64,000 nt of DNA, from the NCBI GenBank assembly GCA_043228905.1, contig JBHGNT010000002.1, positions 15,748,001-15,812,000 on the forward strand. The letters are read 5' to 3'. The notes beneath the pieces are model-generated. The model searched no databases and was not told the DNA's origin. It worked only from the letters and a program-made list of their open reading frames with translations. Below are positions 62,751 through 64,000 of this stretch, one piece after another. Origin of the DNA: Azolla caroliniana (taxonomy: Eukaryota > Plantae > Polypodiophyta). Position 1 is the stretch's first letter. Every line of letters starts with the position of its first letter. The position numbers and the translations under genes were made by a program.

Positions 62751-64000
62751 CGTAAGAGTTAGAGCGCTCCTAGCTGACCTAAGCTAGCTTTTATCGCTCA
62801 TTATTCCATATCGATTTTCTGTATCACTGTTATTCTCCGTGCGCGCGCAAAGGCACATGTACACGCACATTGTAGATTTATTGTTCAGAGCATTCATCGT
62901 AACGGGTCCATCTGATGGTACTTAGATGTCTCCAGGCATAAGGAATGTGATGCTCCTCTTTATTATCATGCTATCTTCTTTCATGTTGTGTGTATGGTAT
63001 GCCTAGTGTAGAGGTTTGGAATAATAATACACACCCTCTTACGAAGCATGGGCGAGAAGGTGACATAATGTAATGCTTGCAAGAACTCGAGACCATACAT
63101 GCAAAGGTTTAAAAAGGAACATTAATTGTGCTCTCTAGTTAACCTTTTCAAATATATTTTGTATATGGTAGCATCGACCTTTGGCTTTCACTTTCCTTAA
63201 AAACAATCACCTTTTAAATGACTACAATAACTCTTATGCATCCATTTGTTACACGCATCATTCACGGGAACATTACCCTTTGTGAAGATTAGACGTCAAT
63301 GGCAACCCCCTAACAGAACAAACCCCCATGCTTATGCTCAACATTTTTTCACCTCTTTGCATATGCTCATGCACAAATTATGACTTCATTTATGTATAAG
63401 TTATGTATTTGGAACCCCCCAAACCTTAATTGTAGAGCCACATATGTATTAATGTTTATCAATTTTACCCCTAAACCTTAATTAATTCCTGTAAAACATG
63501 CAATAACTATTTTCAAAAAGTGATTCGACGACATTTTTGTTTAGTTGTTCAAGTTATAGACCAAGGTAAAGGAGATTAAATTAGAGAACAAATAAAATAC
63601 TTGGAAATAATAGTTCAATATGTTTTTGTTTTTTTTTCCCAAAAAAGTTCAATATGTTTTAGTAGACAATACAATTGGACCCAATTAATTTGATATTAAA
63701 CCATTAGTTACCCCATCATGCATGGAAGAGAGCATTCCATGGTTGCATTCTCCTCTCTACCCCATCACTCAGGTATCCCAACCTTCTTCTTCCATACACA
63801 CACATACAAGACTATATCCCTATTTCCAATGTGCATGGCATTGTTATAGTTGGTACTTTCATGATAATAAGGGGTTCACAATGATTGTTAGAGGGGAAAC
63901 CTAAATAATAAAATCAACTATGGGTACCCATTGTAGTTATTCAAAGTCCATACATCACATATTGGTAATCTAACCTATGGTGCGATGCACTAATGACTTC

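Overview
Plant nuclear DNA; a non-seed plant such as a fern is my inference from the retroelement types. About 57 kb is one deeply nested transposon stack, followed by one intact host gene, an intronless half-size ABCG transporter (59727-61958, minus). Most of the stack can be resolved from target-site duplications (TSDs). A single ~450-bp Copia LTR (57-55550) is split by Copia-1 (234-5672) and Copia-A2 (5789-55385). A2 holds Copia-C (7328-32254) and Copia-D (32461-55149). These hold five Gypsy insertions (G1-G5), a solo LTR, a hAT-type MITE, and a tRNA-Ala tandem array next to a LINE remnant. The most unusual feature is a 6.4-kb TIR DNA transposon (44221-50631) inside G4. It carries, head-to-head, an internally deleted Sola2/DUF7869-like transposase and a spliced six-exon pseudogene that fuses a ParB/Srx-like domain to a bacterial-type beta-class N4-cytosine/N6-adenine DNA methyltransferase. 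The Gypsy lineage shows four more features: CpG-centred 4-bp TSDs (5 of 5 insertions), a tRNA-Trp primer site, a conserved GGAUUUU slippery site with pseudoknot after the protease, and antisense tRNA-like A/B boxes in the LTRs of two families. All family assignments come from reading motifs by eye; no database search was run.
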